DNA of 40,974 bases from a virus (taxonomy: Duplodnaviria; Caudoviricetes), in the IMG/VR virus record IMGVR_UViG_3300030397_000207, positions 1 to 40,974 of that record; one strand, 5' to 3'. The notes beneath the pieces were generated by a model that searched no databases, was not told the origin of the DNA, and saw only the letters and a program-made list of their open reading frames with translations. A program made the position numbers and the translations under genes. Positions 17,675 to 27,149 of the stretch are shown piece after piece; the first letter of the stretch is position 1, and every line of letters begins with the position of its first letter.

Positions 17675-18263
17675 ATTCTTCCTTTTCCACGGTCGCCTTG
17701 TCGAGCAATCTCATATTACTCTACAAAGCCTAGCCAGCGAATTTGGAAAAGATATTCCTACTATGGCATCTGAATTGATTGAACGCGGAATGATGGACTT
17801 GCAAAGAGAAATGAAGGAGAATGGACAAGAGTTACCTGCCGAAGCTGCTGTCTTTGCAGAACTACGTAGAATAAATAAGCGCAAAGAAATGAAAAGAAGT
17901 CTTCAATCAATTGCAATAGCCTACAAGGAGAGCGGTGATGACGATGATGCAGAAAGATTCAAAGACTTATGTGACAAATCAAACATATCTGTAGAAGCCG
18001 TTCTTCAAGAGCTTAATGATAAACCTCACCTAGAGGCTTTTATTAGTCAAAATGAACGATTATCTAATGTTGAAGAATTTTTCCTCAAAATAATGAAGCC
18101 AGGAGAACCGTACATAGTCCAAGAAATTAAAAACCTAGCAATAGAGGCTGGATTCTCTAATCACAAAATAAAAGAAGCCAAAACAAGACTAGGAATTGAA
18201 TCTCATAGAGATGGACAATCGCGCTTATGGATACTCCCTATTAAACAAAATACAGATATATAG
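17658..18263 (+). CDS. Hypothetical protein with C-terminal winged-helix (replication-protein-like)
   Basis: EIKNLAIEAGFS..KIKEAKTRLGIES...WILP resembles the C-terminal wHTH of RepA/AAA_25 primase-helicases. Confidence 0.55.
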   Translation: MSDNHKFFLFHGRLVEQSHITLQSLASEFGKDIPTMASELIERGMMDLQREMKENGQELPAEAAVFAELRRINKRKEMKRSLQSIAIAYKESGDDDDAERFKDLCDKSNISVEAVLQELNDKPHLEAFISQNERLSNVEEFFLKIMKPGEPYIVQEIKNLAIEAGFSNHKIKEAKTRLGIESHRDGQSRLWILPIKQNTDI

Positions 18264-18273
18264 ATAATATGTT

Positions 18274-18518
18274 CTACTGGTGGTGGTGGTGGTGGAGGCG
18301 GACATATATAAGAAAACTCTATATTAGTGTCGCCTCCACCACCACCACCACCAGTAGTGGTACAAATGTTCTATCTACATGATGATGATGATGATCGTCT
18401 AATGTATTAAAGATTGTATTATAGGAAATCATCATCATCATGTAGATTCAGCGAAGCATAAGGGACCGCGCTAACAGGGGGTGTAGCATCGATGTATCCC
18501 CCCCCTGTTAGCGCGGTC
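18274..18518. repeat. Three tandem perfect inverted repeats (27, 20 and 18 bp arms); possible origin/cruciform region
   Basis: 18274-18300/18331-18357 [(TGG)6/(CCA)6]; 18373-18392/18428-18447 [(GAT)n/(ATC)n]; 18464-18481/18501-18518 (paired dispersed motif). Confidence 0.9.
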
Positions 18519-18562
18519 GCTTACTCTATGCTAAAATACACATCTCCTTTGGTTTGGTGTTG

Positions 18563-18610
18563 ACAGATACAAAAAGACCACCCGTTAAAAGGTGGTCTTT
18601 TTGTATCTGT
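18563..18610. terminator. Long hairpin, probable terminator after the major capsid gene
   Basis: 20-bp perfect inverted repeat ACAGATACAAAAAGACCACC / GGTGGTCTTTTTGTATCTGT, giving a U-run in either direction. Confidence 0.8.
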
Positions 18611-18653
18611 TAATCCTTCCAAAACACGGTAGTTAATATACCATACCAAACCT

Positions 18654-20096
18654 CTACCGCCAAACTGCCTGACCTTGAGTAATGCTTCGTGTTGAAACAC
18701 CACCGTCGAACCAGTATGGTGATTGCGGGTCTGGGTCACGAAGATGCTGAAGCGGAGTGTAGCGAACATTTTGAAGTTTTACTGCCAAGTGGGGTGTTCT
18801 TAAGACAACCCGCGGCTCAATTTTTGCTTTAAGTTTGAAGCAAAAATTGTTATCTTCAAATGCCCACAGAATACGTCCGTTTTCGGTCCAGAACGGAGCA
18901 TGACGAGCGCCTTGGCCCATCACATTAATTTGACGCTGAACAAGACGGTAGTTAATGGTATTCCAGTAGGTGACGGGGAAATTCCCCCGTGCGCGCAACG
19001 GAACTAGGTAGATAGAACTTGCATACGAACCAGACGGAACATTAGCATTGTTTACGTTCGTGTGTTCAAAAATCCCTGTATCAGTAATGACAGGATAGGC
19101 ATTGCCGTTAATATCAATGGTCATGCTGTTACGCATTCGATCACGCATGACAACATTGACGTTATCGTTAATGACCATCGGATTTGAACCGCCATCAGTA
19201 CCGCAACGATTTGTCATATACCGACAAGGCCACACAGATGACAATTCAAACCACGCATCCGGCCTACATACAACAGCCCATGTTACAGGGTCCATTCCCG
19301 TATCCATAGCAAGAGTGCGAACGTAATGCTCTGCCTCAGACAGATATTCAACAATATCAAGCGTAGTGCCTCCAATATCGTTGTAATTGAAATCGAGAAT
19401 CAAACTGTCTGCTGCTGGCATTGCCGTGCCGGTTTCCGCATCAATTTGTCCGGTCGCAATCTGACTATCAAGACCAGGAAATTCTTTGTATCCACCACCA
19501 ATATTATTGTTCGCTACACTTCCCTGCCACACCATATTGGCGAGCTTACGCTCAAGACGAACACCAACATTGACCATTTCGCCCTGAACCACAAGGTCGG
19601 CAATATTCTGCATATTCAGACCTTGCGTAAAAGGTGTTGCGGAACCATTGAGCATGTCGTTCAACAGACGAAGATTCATGTTTGCACCACGGGTTTCGTG
19701 AAGCGTAGCATCAATCTCAATAGTTTCTGTGTCCCGCACGACACGCCCAAATGCTGCTGTGAGATAACCACTCTTCATATAACCTGTAGGGGCATCATCG
19801 CACGGGGTTGCAGGCTCGGAACCAATGTCATCCCCAAAACCAGTAATAAAACCAAATCTAGGATCGTCTGTATTATCCTCAAAAACTGGCAATGCCGCAC
19901 CCAATCCTTTCGGCTGAACATGTGTACTAATTACCACATTGTCAGCGCCAGCAACGGAGAAGATGCCCCCTGGCTGAGTCAATAGTGTTGCACTGCCAGT
20001 AGAACCAACTGCCTTTTGCTGCATTAGCCCTTTATGTTGCATAAGTTCCGCAATCACATCAGCAGCAGCCTTAGTTGTTAAAGTATTATCTTCCAT
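18654..20096 (-). CDS. Major capsid protein
   Basis: 480 aa after protease/scaffold and followed by a strong terminator; VWQGS...KEFPGLDSQI is HK97-fold-like. Confidence 0.8.
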   Translation of the reverse strand: MEDNTLTTKAAADVIAELMQHKGLMQQKAVGSTGSATLLTQPGGIFSVAGADNVVISTHVQPKGLGAALPVFEDNTDDPRFGFITGFGDDIGSEPATPCDDAPTGYMKSGYLTAAFGRVVRDTETIEIDATLHETRGANMNLRLLNDMLNGSATPFTQGLNMQNIADLVVQGEMVNVGVRLERKLANMVWQGSVANNNIGGGYKEFPGLDSQIATGQIDAETGTAMPAADSLILDFNYNDIGGTTLDIVEYLSEAEHYVRTLAMDTGMDPVTWAVVCRPDAWFELSSVWPCRYMTNRCGTDGGSNPMVINDNVNVVMRDRMRNSMTIDINGNAYPVITDTGIFEHTNVNNANVPSGSYASSIYLVPLRARGNFPVTYWNTINYRLVQRQINVMGQGARHAPFWTENGRILWAFEDNNFCFKLKAKIEPRVVLRTPHLAVKLQNVRYTPLQHLRDPDPQSPYWFDGGVSTRSITQGQAVWR

Positions 20097-21625
20097 TAGC
20101 GCACCATTCCATTCGACTTCGCAATCACCCCGTCGAGGAACGGAATACCAGTTCCGCCCTGAACCTGACCAGGCAACGGTTGCGCCTTGTTTTCATTTGG
20201 CGTAACGTCTGCAATAGCCGTCGTCTTAGTCGCTAAATGATTTGCAATCAAATCTTGCAAAGACGCCTGGGGTGTCAGAGTTGCAGCTTTAGCAATCTTC
20301 GTACCATCATCTTCTGATAGGGATTTAACCTCAGTCTGCAATGCAACGATTTGACCAGCCATAGACTTGATAGCCGCTAACAGGGGGGCAGTAACTTCTG
20401 CTACAACCTCTGCTACTTCCTCTTTGGATGCCATCTCTTCATCAGATGCATCCTTGCGCTCAATATCTTCTGAATCAGCCTGATCTTTGAGTTCTGAATG
20501 AGACTTTTCAAACTCTCCCAATTCCTCATCATTGTATCCGGCAGTTTTCAGAAATTCTTTTTGATCGTCGGTTAACATATCTTGTCCTTTTGTGAAATAT
20601 GATCCAGTAAGTTTGTTCGCAGCGGCCCACCCACTTAGAACAGTTATCTCTTTGCTTATATGCGCAGTAATAATAGACTTGTCTGAATCATCTCTCTTAA
20701 TTGACCATTTCGGCATACCATGAGAAGTTTTTAGATTGTCTATCTGAGATAGATTCTCTGCAATGTATTCTTTACCTTTATCGACTGTACCCGACGCAAT
20801 AGCAAAGCCGTCATCAGTAAATCCCACAAAATCAGCAATCCCAAACTTCGTTTCTTTTATATGCCATAGCCATAATTCAGGATATGGGACAATGCCATCC
20901 TCAACCATTTTCACGAAGTTACGGTGAGACTTCTCGGAAATGATTTCGGGCGGATTGTCCTGATCCCGATAGCAGTTACTATATATTGTCATCCATCGCC
21001 AACTACCATCCTTCTGCTTAGTAAAATTGACAGCAGATTTAACACTGGCAGGAATCTTGTCAGATGATACCCCTAGCTTTGCGTACTCTGACCGAATCCT
21101 GCGTTTAACGGATGGTGCAGACCCAGATGGCAACTCAACTCGATTACCTCTAAATCCGCCTGCTGAAAACGCCGCTGCGGCACGTCCCAGTTGCGCTACT
21201 GTTACTTTCCCAGGTGTTTCAGAAATGCGCAGCTTCCAAGTTGACGGCTTAGATGCATCAGGAACAAACGCAAAATCTTTTGACGTAAAATCCATGCCCT
21301 GCTCACGTTTGGTTACTTTGCGCTTCTCGCCCAATTCCTTCATTAATTCAGGCTTCATGGCGTCCTGAATGCGTTCAGTGAATTGCGCAGTAACCTGTTC
21401 AACCGCCGCAGACTTGTCGTCAAGCTCAGATTCCATCACATTCAAAACAAGATTGTTGAATTGACGGGTTAATATGCAAACCTCGTTAGCAGACTCTTGC
21501 TTTGATTGAATGTTTTCCAGTTCGACAAAATCAACAATTCCAGATGGGATATGCCATTGAAACGGTTCGATATACTTTTTATCAGAAGATAAATCTTCTG
21601 AAACTTCCAATTCTTCATCATTCAC
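20096..21625 (-). CDS. Prohead protease/scaffold fusion with inserted DUF6582-like domain
   Basis: YRDQD..EII...PELWLWH...SHG...EITVL..WAAN protease-like core; acidic coiled C-terminus; DFAFVPDASKPSTWKL insert. Confidence 0.7.
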   Translation of the reverse strand: MNDEELEVSEDLSSDKKYIEPFQWHIPSGIVDFVELENIQSKQESANEVCILTRQFNNLVLNVMESELDDKSAAVEQVTAQFTERIQDAMKPELMKELGEKRKVTKREQGMDFTSKDFAFVPDASKPSTWKLRISETPGKVTVAQLGRAAAAFSAGGFRGNRVELPSGSAPSVKRRIRSEYAKLGVSSDKIPASVKSAVNFTKQKDGSWRWMTIYSNCYRDQDNPPEIISEKSHRNFVKMVEDGIVPYPELWLWHIKETKFGIADFVGFTDDGFAIASGTVDKGKEYIAENLSQIDNLKTSHGMPKWSIKRDDSDKSIITAHISKEITVLSGWAAANKLTGSYFTKGQDMLTDDQKEFLKTAGYNDEELGEFEKSHSELKDQADSEDIERKDASDEEMASKEEVAEVVAEVTAPLLAAIKSMAGQIVALQTEVKSLSEDDGTKIAKAATLTPQASLQDLIANHLATKTTAIADVTPNENKAQPLPGQVQGGTGIPFLDGVIAKSNGMVR

Positions 21626-21640
21626 ATTGATTATTTCTCC

Positions 21641-21937
21641 TTATATTAACATTTCCAACTCATTCTTAACCATCTCAGACAAAGACTTAGTGCTAGAATC
21701 ATATTTGCAACCATCCGATTCGGCGGCAGAAATCAATGAAGATAACGGAATGTTCAAAACTTTTGAAAACCCAGATAGCCTTCGTCTTGGAGGACAGTTG
21801 ATTCTTGCAGATATGATATTCTGAACCGTATCCGCATCAATCCCTGCCGATTTTCCCATTCTTTCATATATATCTTGTTTAGTTCCATCCATAGAATCAA
21901 TTCTTTGATTGATTATGGATGCTAATTTCTTACCCAT
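21641..21937 (-). CDS. Small HTH (XRE-like) protein
   Basis: MGKSAGIDADTVQNIISARINCPPRRRLSGFSKVLNI; GGAGG RBS. Confidence 0.55.
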   Translation of the reverse strand: MGKKLASIINQRIDSMDGTKQDIYERMGKSAGIDADTVQNIISARINCPPRRRLSGFSKVLNIPLSSLISAAESDGCKYDSSTKSLSEMVKNELEMLI

Positions 21938-21966
21938 TTATCCTCCCAAAAAAATCACTATACGTA

Positions 21967-21995
21967 TTGAAATTGAGCATTTGAAATGTTATACT
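21967..21995 (+). promoter_or_regulatory. Sigma70-like promoter of the inserted gene
   Basis: TTGAAA-17 nt-TATACT. Confidence 0.65.
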
Positions 21996-22033
21996 ATTGT
22001 TATAAATCAAAATTATTCTCAGGAGTTGTTAAA

Positions 22034-22819
22034 ATGAACATAGATGTAATATCGTGTGGCCAAGGCGCACCATCTTTGGCTCTAATTTTAGTGTCAAAGC
22101 ACATGAATGTATTCAATTCGGATGTACTAATAGTGGCTGATACTGGAAACGAAAATGATATGCTTTGGTCTAACGGAAAAAGAACAAGCGCCAAAGAATT
22201 CTTTATGAAGGTAACAAAGAAATTATCTGAAAAATTTGGATTAAAAGCATATTTTGTAAGATCGGTAGACAAAAATGGAAACCCGTTGCCGCCGCTAATG
22301 GAGACTCAATCATTGAACAATTACGATATTCCACTTTATGGAAGCAATGGCGGTCAAGCACGCCAAAAATGCACAAGTAAATACAAGATTTCCGCCGTTA
22401 GACAACATCTGAGAAGATTAGGCGCAAAAACATCAACAACTCATCTTGGAATAACTCTTGATGAGGTACATAGGATGAATCAGTCTGATGTCAAGTGGAA
22501 CCCCAAGCATTATCCGCTCGTAATGGATTGCAAGCCACCTATGAGAAAATCTGATTGCATAAACCTATTAAATGAATTTGATATACCATACTTGGTGTCA
22601 TCAGAATGCGATTTCTGCCCTCATAAAAATTTATGGCGATGGGAAAATTCATCAAATGAAACCATACAAAAGGCAATTAAATTTGAAGAATCATTTAATG
22701 GAGAATTCTTCTTGAATGACAAAAGAGTCCCATTGGGCAACGCCATTGAAAAAATGAGAATTCAAAAACCATCACAAACGTTATTTGATATGTGCGACAG
22801 TGGATACTGTTTCACATAA
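22034..22819 (+). CDS. PAPS-reductase-like / adenine nucleotide alpha-hydrolase protein (moron)
   Basis: ISCGQGAPS PP-loop-like, ADTGNE, RQKCTSKYKI, GITLDE..R, SECDFCP, CDSGYCF; AGGAG RBS; opposite strand to the late operon. Confidence 0.75.
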   Translation: MNIDVISCGQGAPSLALILVSKHMNVFNSDVLIVADTGNENDMLWSNGKRTSAKEFFMKVTKKLSEKFGLKAYFVRSVDKNGNPLPPLMETQSLNNYDIPLYGSNGGQARQKCTSKYKISAVRQHLRRLGAKTSTTHLGITLDEVHRMNQSDVKWNPKHYPLVMDCKPPMRKSDCINLLNEFDIPYLVSSECDFCPHKNLWRWENSSNETIQKAIKFEESFNGEFFLNDKRVPLGNAIEKMRIQKPSQTLFDMCDSGYCFT

Positions 22820-22820
22820 A

Positions 22821-22862
22821 GAATGGGCGTGATTCTCAATTCAACGAGAATCACGCCCATTC
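22821..22862. terminator. Hairpin between convergent genes, related in sequence to the 7928-7963 hairpin
   Basis: GAATGGGCGTGATTCTC / GAGAATCACGCCCATTC 17-bp perfect stem. Confidence 0.7.
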
Positions 22863-22930
22863 GGAGCAGGATTTGAATCCATTATATCATATTTTACTGA
22901 TTGATCAAGGTCCAACGCTAACAGGGGGTG

Positions 22931-23155
22931 TTATTCATCCGTCAATATATCCCGTATCCAGTTTAATCCCTGATTCCTTGGCGATATAAATTTACGGCTA
23001 GGCTCAGTCCACACAATAGGTGTCCCTTCCTTGTCCACAACTATACTAATTGTTATGATGGCGTTACCATTCTGAGTCATTGCCTTGGCTTGTAATGCAG
23101 ATGCAACACTAAGCCATCTCGGTTTCAAGTGTTGTGCTGACATCTTCCCCCTCAA
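22931..23155 (-). CDS. Hypothetical protein
   Basis: 74 aa overlapping the portal end. Confidence 0.55.
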   Translation of the reverse strand: MRGKMSAQHLKPRWLSVASALQAKAMTQNGNAIITISIVVDKEGTPIVWTEPSRKFISPRNQGLNWIRDILTDE

Positions 23156-24689
23156 CCATTTCCGAATCTAAAACCTGCTGATATTCATCCCTCAAAACCT
23201 CTATAGCCGCCAGTGATGCCCTGCCTCGTTGAATGTTTGACCGCAACCTTGTGCCTTGAAGAAACTGCCACACCACCACCCTGTTAGCGTCCAACCTTAG
23301 AATCATTTCAGATGCATCATGTTCAGATGTAATCGTCGGCACATCAACGCCAAGATTAAGAAGATTCGCATAATCCGGATCATAGTATAATGATAGAACG
23401 CTAGTGCCATCTGGCAAGCGACCATCTTGCAATTCTTGATACTCAAATTCTTCTTCGTTTATTTCTCCAAGGCGTAACATCCGTTGACGTTCCGTTCTGG
23501 GAGATGTTGCACCTGCCGACATGTCACGCTCACGGGCTAGAGAGCGATTAACCCAGATTTTAGATTGCAATTCATCCTGTCGGTCATCCTGAAAGTCAAA
23601 CTTTATTTCCAAGTGTTTTGGTAGAACCTTTTTGTTAATCTCCCCGGTCAAATCCTCAATAAACGAATTAGGCCCATCACCTATTCCTACCTCGCCCGGC
23701 GTATCACCTTCTGCTCCACTTTGACCAGCAACCCCATAAGTGACATTAATATCAGATGGCGATAATCCAAATGCCGCCGCAATGTCAGACTTATCAATAA
23801 TCGTCACTTCCATGCGGTCAAAGCCATCAGGAGTGTTGGTAAGGTCGATGGAATCTATGTCAAGCTCATCTTGGCGATTCGCAGGAGCTAGAACTGTTGT
23901 GTATGCAAAATGGGTTAGGCCGGCATTGTCCATCTTGGATTCGGCCTTTTGAAGCGCATCGATCATTTGTTGAATCGTTGCACCTTTTTTGACATAGACG
24001 ATACGGCGTCGAGGGCGACTACCCATGAATTCAGCCGACATAATGGACATATCGGCTAGCTCTTGGCGAGCGTCAAGGCAAACGCTAACAGGGGAGTGGC
24101 CTACCCCATTGTACTCTGATATGGGCGATGGATTGCGGGCAAAATAGATTACCCGTGTATAGTGAAGATTATATACTTTCCCGTCCCAGTCATAGTACTT
24201 TACTGGAAATACAGGGTCAGACATCCTTTCGCATCGACCAGCATCAAGATGATACAGGCCGCTTGCACCCCCTGTTAGCGCGCGTTCTCCACTCCCCATG
24301 ACATATAAGAAGCATCCATTATCCTGCGTAAGGTAATCAATGACCGCCTTTTTAATCTCCATCTTGAATCCACGGAATAGCCCAGATTGCGACATGATGA
24401 TATTTTCCATCATTTGCGCATCTGATTGCGATTGAGGGTTGCGGCTATCCTTGGCAACAATGCGGGAAGGGATGGTATTGATTTTATCAACAAAGGTCGA
24501 TACCGCTATCTTAAGCGCATCATGCTTAATCCACTCCTCACGTAACCATGCGTCACGTTGCGCCGTCCACCATCCTGGTACAGTGCCTGTGTGAGGATAG
24601 GCAAAGATGATTGATGATAGAAGACCATTAGACGGTTGATCTACCTCAAACGGGATATTCTGCTCGAGTTCAACTATTTTTTCAGGCAT
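23109..24689 (-). CDS. Portal protein
   Basis: 526 aa after terminase; DYLTQDNG, GHSPV and IAAAFGLSPSDI portal signatures. Confidence 0.85.
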   Translation of the reverse strand: MPEKIVELEQNIPFEVDQPSNGLLSSIIFAYPHTGTVPGWWTAQRDAWLREEWIKHDALKIAVSTFVDKINTIPSRIVAKDSRNPQSQSDAQMMENIIMSQSGLFRGFKMEIKKAVIDYLTQDNGCFLYVMGSGERALTGGASGLYHLDAGRCERMSDPVFPVKYYDWDGKVYNLHYTRVIYFARNPSPISEYNGVGHSPVSVCLDARQELADMSIMSAEFMGSRPRRRIVYVKKGATIQQMIDALQKAESKMDNAGLTHFAYTTVLAPANRQDELDIDSIDLTNTPDGFDRMEVTIIDKSDIAAAFGLSPSDINVTYGVAGQSGAEGDTPGEVGIGDGPNSFIEDLTGEINKKVLPKHLEIKFDFQDDRQDELQSKIWVNRSLARERDMSAGATSPRTERQRMLRLGEINEEEFEYQELQDGRLPDGTSVLSLYYDPDYANLLNLGVDVPTITSEHDASEMILRLDANRVVVWQFLQGTRLRSNIQRGRASLAAIEVLRDEYQQVLDSEMVEGEDVSTTLETEMA

Positions 24690-24694
24690 ATTAA

Positions 24695-24925
24695 TTAGTT
24701 CAATAGTATGGTTGGTATAATTTCAACCTCAAAAAAATCACCTGCATTAACCCATGATGGCATATCGCTACCTAATGGGAATTGCAGCAATGGTGTATCA
24801 GTCATATATATAATTGGCAAAGGACCAACGCTAACAGGGGGTGTATAGTGACTGACCTTAATGATTGCAGACTCTAATTGTATTTGTTGTCCCACGTAGG
24901 GACCATTTTTGATTTCGATTAACAT
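24695..24925 (-). CDS. Hypothetical protein
   Basis: 76 aa in operon; contains the dispersed motif (PPVSV). Confidence 0.5.
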   Translation of the reverse strand: MLIEIKNGPYVGQQIQLESAIIKVSHYTPPVSVGPLPIIYMTDTPLLQFPLGSDMPSWVNAGDFFEVEIIPTILLN

Positions 24926-24926
24926 C

Positions 24927-25202
24927 TTAGAAATTCATTTTCTCAATAATGCCTGCTAGATACGTCAATGTAAGTTTGCCTGCCAATTCCATATCAACTC
25001 CTGAATCAATCAGTGACTTATAAAAAATTGCCACATTAACGGCGAAAATTATTGTTGGCTTTATCTGATCGCTTTCAGTATGTGACTTTGGCGCATTATC
25101 CAGAATTTCATTGACCATATTCATTATCTGCTCTGAATTCATTTCTGTATCTCCATTTGCTTTTAGGCCGTCTGCCAAGACTACCATGAATCCATTCCCC
25201 AT
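24927..25202 (-). CDS. Hypothetical protein
   Basis: In operon between terminase and portal; start may be the internal ATG at 25142. Confidence 0.5.
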   Translation of the reverse strand: MGNGFMVVLADGLKANGDTEMNSEQIMNMVNEILDNAPKSHTESDQIKPTIIFAVNVAIFYKSLIDSGVDMELAGKLTLTYLAGIIEKMNF

Positions 25203-26674
25203 TCCAACTCACTTTCCCAGTAAACCTGCACAACCGCATCGGCCAAGTTGGTTGACTTACCTATTCTTGCCCTAATCTTCTTCTTTGATTCAACCTTTAT
25301 GCCTGCTCTACCAACCTCCTCCCATGTTGGAGCGCATAACTCACCAGTCAAATCGTCATCTGGCGGCAATGCAACATCCATGCCTGATTCTGGATTTAGT
25401 ATCTGGCGCAGATTCCACCATGCCGCCGAGCGAGTGTCTTGAATTATGTACTCGCCTGTTTCGTCTTCCCAGTTTGCGGTAGCGGAAGCAGTGAAAGCAT
25501 AAACACGGTTTGGGTATAACTCACGGTTGCGCAGATAAGTCCCTGCGCCAATGTTGATGGAATCAATGGTTGCATTGCAGAACTCATTGCTTTTGAGGAT
25601 CTGAGTTACCTTACCGGAAAGAACCTCAACATTCTTTTCTAGTCTCTCAACCTTATATATGTCGTTACCATGACGGTAAGCAATTGCCGATGGGTCTTGC
25701 GTGCCGCCGCCAACGTCCACCCCCACCCCTGTTAGCGGTTGCTCTAAGTAATCACTTGGGTTATCCTGAAATCTATCATACCATCTCTTGTTGGCTAATT
25801 CAACCCAATACAGTGGAATGACTGACTCCTCTTCGCTGGCTGCAAACTGACCAAGTACACGATTTTGATAGCGAGCAGAGTGTTCACCCCATTGCATCTT
25901 ACGATCTTCCGCCCACTGTATATTCATTCTGCCAGAATCAATCATTTCATCCTTAGTGACGTGACGTATCCACCAATCTGAATATCCTGGTTTTCGCTTC
26001 TGAATGTCATAGAATCTACCAGAAGGCGCGCCGGGGGTTGAACAAGCAAACCAGTAAGCATCCCCAGTCGAGAATGCACCCTCTACGCTATCCCATGTTT
26101 CGGGCAGAATGATTTTGGATTCATCAAATATGACTAGAACCTTTGAGGCATGAGCGCCTTCCATTGATTCTGAATCGTCTGACGCCATTGCAAACGCTTC
26201 GCCGGTGCTTAATCGCAAGAACATATCAAATAGCTCTCGTTTTAGACCAATTGGCTCACGACCAACCATATTCCACTTGATACGCTTTGACCACTTGTGG
26301 ATTTCGGGCCATAAGAATTTCTTGAGTTGACGCCATACTGATGCTGTGGTTGCAATCTTCCAATCATGGTCAATATCGTTGGTAAGCGCAAAGTGGAGTA
26401 ATGCCCATGACATCATGGCAGATTTTCCAAGCCCGTGGGGACCACGAACGCAAGCACGTTTATGAGTGTATAAATTGACTAGGGATTCTAGCTGATATGG
26501 CGCAGGGGATTCCCCAGGATTGAAGTCTATACACTCAACGACGAACCTATCAGGAAGATGGCGGTAGGTGGAACGGAACGAAGCATAGGAAGCGGCGGTT
26601 TCCGTGGTATCTTCCCATAAATCGAATGAGCGGGAGGTTATGGTTGATAGAGCTGAGTTTGGGGTTTTAATCAT
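25181..26674 (-). CDS. terL: Terminase large subunit
   Basis: Walker A GPHGLGKS, Walker B LVIFDES, coupling motif STP, nuclease GVDVG and ADA. Confidence 0.95.
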   Translation of the reverse strand: MIKTPNSALSTITSRSFDLWEDTTETAASYASFRSTYRHLPDRFVVECIDFNPGESPAPYQLESLVNLYTHKRACVRGPHGLGKSAMMSWALLHFALTNDIDHDWKIATTASVWRQLKKFLWPEIHKWSKRIKWNMVGREPIGLKRELFDMFLRLSTGEAFAMASDDSESMEGAHASKVLVIFDESKIILPETWDSVEGAFSTGDAYWFACSTPGAPSGRFYDIQKRKPGYSDWWIRHVTKDEMIDSGRMNIQWAEDRKMQWGEHSARYQNRVLGQFAASEEESVIPLYWVELANKRWYDRFQDNPSDYLEQPLTGVGVDVGGGTQDPSAIAYRHGNDIYKVERLEKNVEVLSGKVTQILKSNEFCNATIDSINIGAGTYLRNRELYPNRVYAFTASATANWEDETGEYIIQDTRSAAWWNLRQILNPESGMDVALPPDDDLTGELCAPTWEEVGRAGIKVESKKKIRARIGKSTNLADAVVQVYWESELEWGMDSW

Positions 26675-26693
26675 AAGAACGCTAACAGGGGGG

Positions 26694-27020
26694 CTAATGC
26701 GGATTCCTCATCACTCTACTTGTTCGATTCTCCATCCATAACGGATACATCCCAGGCCAACTCTTACTATAATATCGTGCCGCATCCCAGTCCATCATCT
26801 GCTGAACCATACTGAGACACTGGTCCGATGGGTCTAGTTCCATATCGTTGACCTGTGAGTACACCCCTTCTATCTGCTCAGATACAATCATTTCGCACGC
26901 TCGAAAGAATCCAGCATAATATGCTTCGTCACTTCTAACTTGGATGATTACCTTATCGATTTGCGGTGTGTATATGCTGCATCCGGTGAAGAATATGACT
27001 GAGATTAATATCAACTTCAT
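26694..27020 (-). CDS. Putative lipoprotein
   Basis: MKLILISVIFFTGC lipobox-like signal; GGAG RBS. Confidence 0.55.
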   Translation of the reverse strand: MKLILISVIFFTGCSIYTPQIDKVIIQVRSDEAYYAGFFRACEMIVSEQIEGVYSQVNDMELDPSDQCLSMVQQMMDWDAARYYSKSWPGMYPLWMENRTSRVMRNPH

Positions 27021-27040
27021 AATGATTTACTCCCACAACA

Positions 27041-27072
27041 AAAAAAATCAGGATCGGGTTGATCCTGATTTT
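27041..27072 (-). terminator. Intrinsic terminator after the small terminase
   Basis: AAAATCAGGATC / GATCCTGATTTT stem with a U-run. Confidence 0.65.
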
Positions 27073-27149
27073 ATCACTAATGGGTGTTATTTTCAACTGC
27101 GCAGGTAATTTTTACAAGTCGGCAAAGGGCCAACGCTAACAGGGGGCAA

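Noticed and set aside
18360-18371. LexA-box-like GTAC-N4-GTTC
   Set aside because: One mismatch, single site and no clear downstream promoter; could be chance.
19326-19985. 219-aa plus-strand ORF and other short overlapping ORFs in the track
   Set aside because: Antisense or out-of-frame to well-supported genes, with no motifs or RBS.
22862-22882. tRNA T-arm-like text (minus strand GGATTCAAATCCTGCTCCG) as tRNA or attP
   Set aside because: No cloverleaf, imperfect T stem, and no integrase in the window.
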